A DNA stretch of 62,812 nt, the filler included, from Rhabdomonas costata (taxonomy: Eukaryota): NCBI GenBank assembly GCA_019059605.1. It is 41 parts of 41 records of this genome, joined end to end, with 100 filler letters (N's around TTAATTAATTAA, not from the genome) between each part and the next. Parts side by side here need not be neighbours in the genome. Positions count along the whole stretch, not along the records: positions 59,846 to 61,279 come from JAHMHO010016070.1; positions 61,380 to 62,812 come from JAHMHO010016071.1; 39 more parts are not named here. One strand, given 5' to 3'. The notes beneath the pieces were generated by a model. It was given only the letters and a program-made list of their open reading frames with translations, was not told the origin of the DNA and did no database searches. Every line of letters begins with the position of its first letter. The stretch's first letter is position 1. This document shows, one piece after another, positions 61,150 through 62,812 of this stretch. The translations under genes and the position numbers were made by a program.

Positions 61150-62812
61150 CTGTCCCCCCGAGCCAAGAGCAGAGGCGACGCGAAAAGGATGCCGCATATG
61201 TGTGTGCCTGCGGATGGGCGCACAGGTTTTCGGATTTTCCTGATACACACCACATCGCGCGTTAGCACACCCCACAACANNNNNNNNNNNNNNNNNNNNN
61301 NNNNNNNNNNNNNNNNNNNNNNNTTAATTAATTAANNNNNNNNNNNNNNNNNNNNNNNNNNNNNNNNNNNNNNNNNNNNGGGGGGGGTCAAAGAACATGA
61401 AAAACACAATTTAGTGCTTCGATTAGACCATCTTGACGCTTAAAGCGCCGATGTATTTTTTCACCGGATCCCACCTTCGACCCTTACATGCTACACAAAG
61501 GGGGGCTTAGAAAAGATCCTGGACTTGGCCAAAAAAAACATCGGCGCTTTAAGCGTCAAGATGGTCTAATCGAAGCACTAAATTGTGTTTTTCATGTTCT
61601 TTGACCCCCAAAAATGTGGGATAGGTTACCTGCGGGCTGGACTCAAAGTCTACGTTTTTTTTTTCGTCCGACAGTCTAGTCGAAAAAGGCAATTCTGTTA
61701 GATTCGATTAGCGTTTTTGAGAAAACAAATTCAATGTTCGCGGGGCCCCAAAATTGAAAACTTTCATGAATTCAGATGCCATACCAGAGCATCGGGCGAG
61801 AGGATTTACGCAACAACGTTTTCCAACCGGCGGCTGGTCAACGGGAAACACTGACCAATGCATAAATAAACAAGCGGCAATTTTAGGTTACGACAAACGT
61901 CAACGTATTGATCAACTTTTTATCCCGAGAATTCCCGCGCGAAACGCCGCAGCACACAGTGCCCTGTTTGTGGGTAGGTTTGGTTTGGTCCCAATAAAAG
62001 TTGTGCTTCTGCGTAGTAGTTCCGGTTGATGCTGGGTTCCATAGTTCAAAAATGTAATCGTTGATCTTTCTTTGGGTTGTCCCGTGGGGCGGGGTGCTCT
62101 GAGAAGGGGGCTTGGTTTTCGGCGCGACGTGCAGGAATGGAGGCTGCACCACATTTGCGACGCAAAAGATTTGGCGTCGGCGTTGTTTTCCCGGTTACCA
62201 GGCGAAAGCGGTTACAGCATCCATTTCGGTATACTATTACGAAGGCGGTTTGTGAAAGTTTGCAGGCGGCGGGCTGGCATGAAAGCAAAGCCTTCAAGTG
62301 TTGGTGCAAGGTGGTCGGGTTGCTTTTGGGTTTTTTCTGTGGGTCAAGGGCATAATAAAATGAAAATGAACGGCGCCATTTTAACATCTTCCACTTATAG
62401 TTGCAATATCTTTTTAGGGGTCATGTTGAGCAAAGGCACAAGAGCCAAGTTGTGCTGCTTAAAAGCGGAGGTCGCACACTGCGAAAGTTGCGCGGCAGAC
62501 GGACTCATCGTCTTTTGCGCGGGGGTTTGAATACCGTGGTGGACCAACCATGGCACCAAAAGGCAACAAAGCAGGGGGTGGCCTTACGCTTTTCCGAAGC
62601 AAAGTGGAGGTCAAGGAAGTCAGCGTGGATGTAACGTCAACAGGAGGTCATCTCAAAAAAACCCTCAAGAGTCAGCACGTATTTGACAAAAAACCACAAA
62701 AAAAGAATGTCACCTTTAATCCAGAAAAGGAAGGCAAAGGCTCCATGCAAAATGCACTGGCAGCCAATGGTGTGCTGAAGAAAAAAGCGACACACGCAAA
62801 CTAAAACCCACC

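Noticed and set aside
1437-61379. Regularly spaced identical TTAATTAATTAA repeat with unique spacers (CRISPR-like, cassette array or nanochromosome-like appearance)
   Set aside because: The repeat is always embedded in N runs of fixed length. It is a six-frame-stop assembly linker, and the uniform spacing reflects length-sorted contigs.
62550-62804. Lys-rich 84-aa ORF with an RVxF-like KNVTF
   Set aside because: Short and low in information, lacking host-like GC3 and any recognisable domain.

Overview
This window is not a contiguous locus. It is an artificial concatenation of 41 unlinked ~1.43-kb contigs, joined by 40 identical 100-bp spacers (N44-TTAATTAATTAA-N44, stops in all six frames). 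Most contigs begin with a G/T-only run and end with a C/A-only run, and about a dozen carry terminal fold-back inversions. That pattern indicates whole-genome-amplified, probably single-cell, DNA. The bulk is an intron-rich, GC-rich protist nuclear genome with short exons and GT-AG introns. Donors are relaxed (GTGYG/GTRNG), with two apparent GC-AG introns. A euglenozoan (euglenid-like) host is plausible but not proven. Spliced gene fragments that can be reconstructed are: a mitochondrial/peroxisomal carrier, malic enzyme, TMEM18, an RBR-type RING, a tandem KAP3/KAP4-like HMG-box gene, an arginine-type ADP-ribosyltransferase, a PARP-like mono-ART, a PKDCC/POMK-like kinase, an alpha-kinase, TPR, cyclin, WD40, a bacterial-type fucose-isomerase-like gene and an AMP-deaminase paralogue with lost catalytic Asp residues. 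Degenerate Tc1/mariner and Ty3/gypsy remnants are also present. The standout is one very AT-rich, intronless contig (36839-38272). It encodes an Mre11/SbcD-Rad50/SbcC fusion behind a perfect AAAATTGA motif, the hallmark of a Mimiviridae/Imitervirales-type giant virus associated with this cell (infecting, ingested or endogenized). Neighbourhood across spacers has no biological meaning. All identifications are by motif recognition, not database search.
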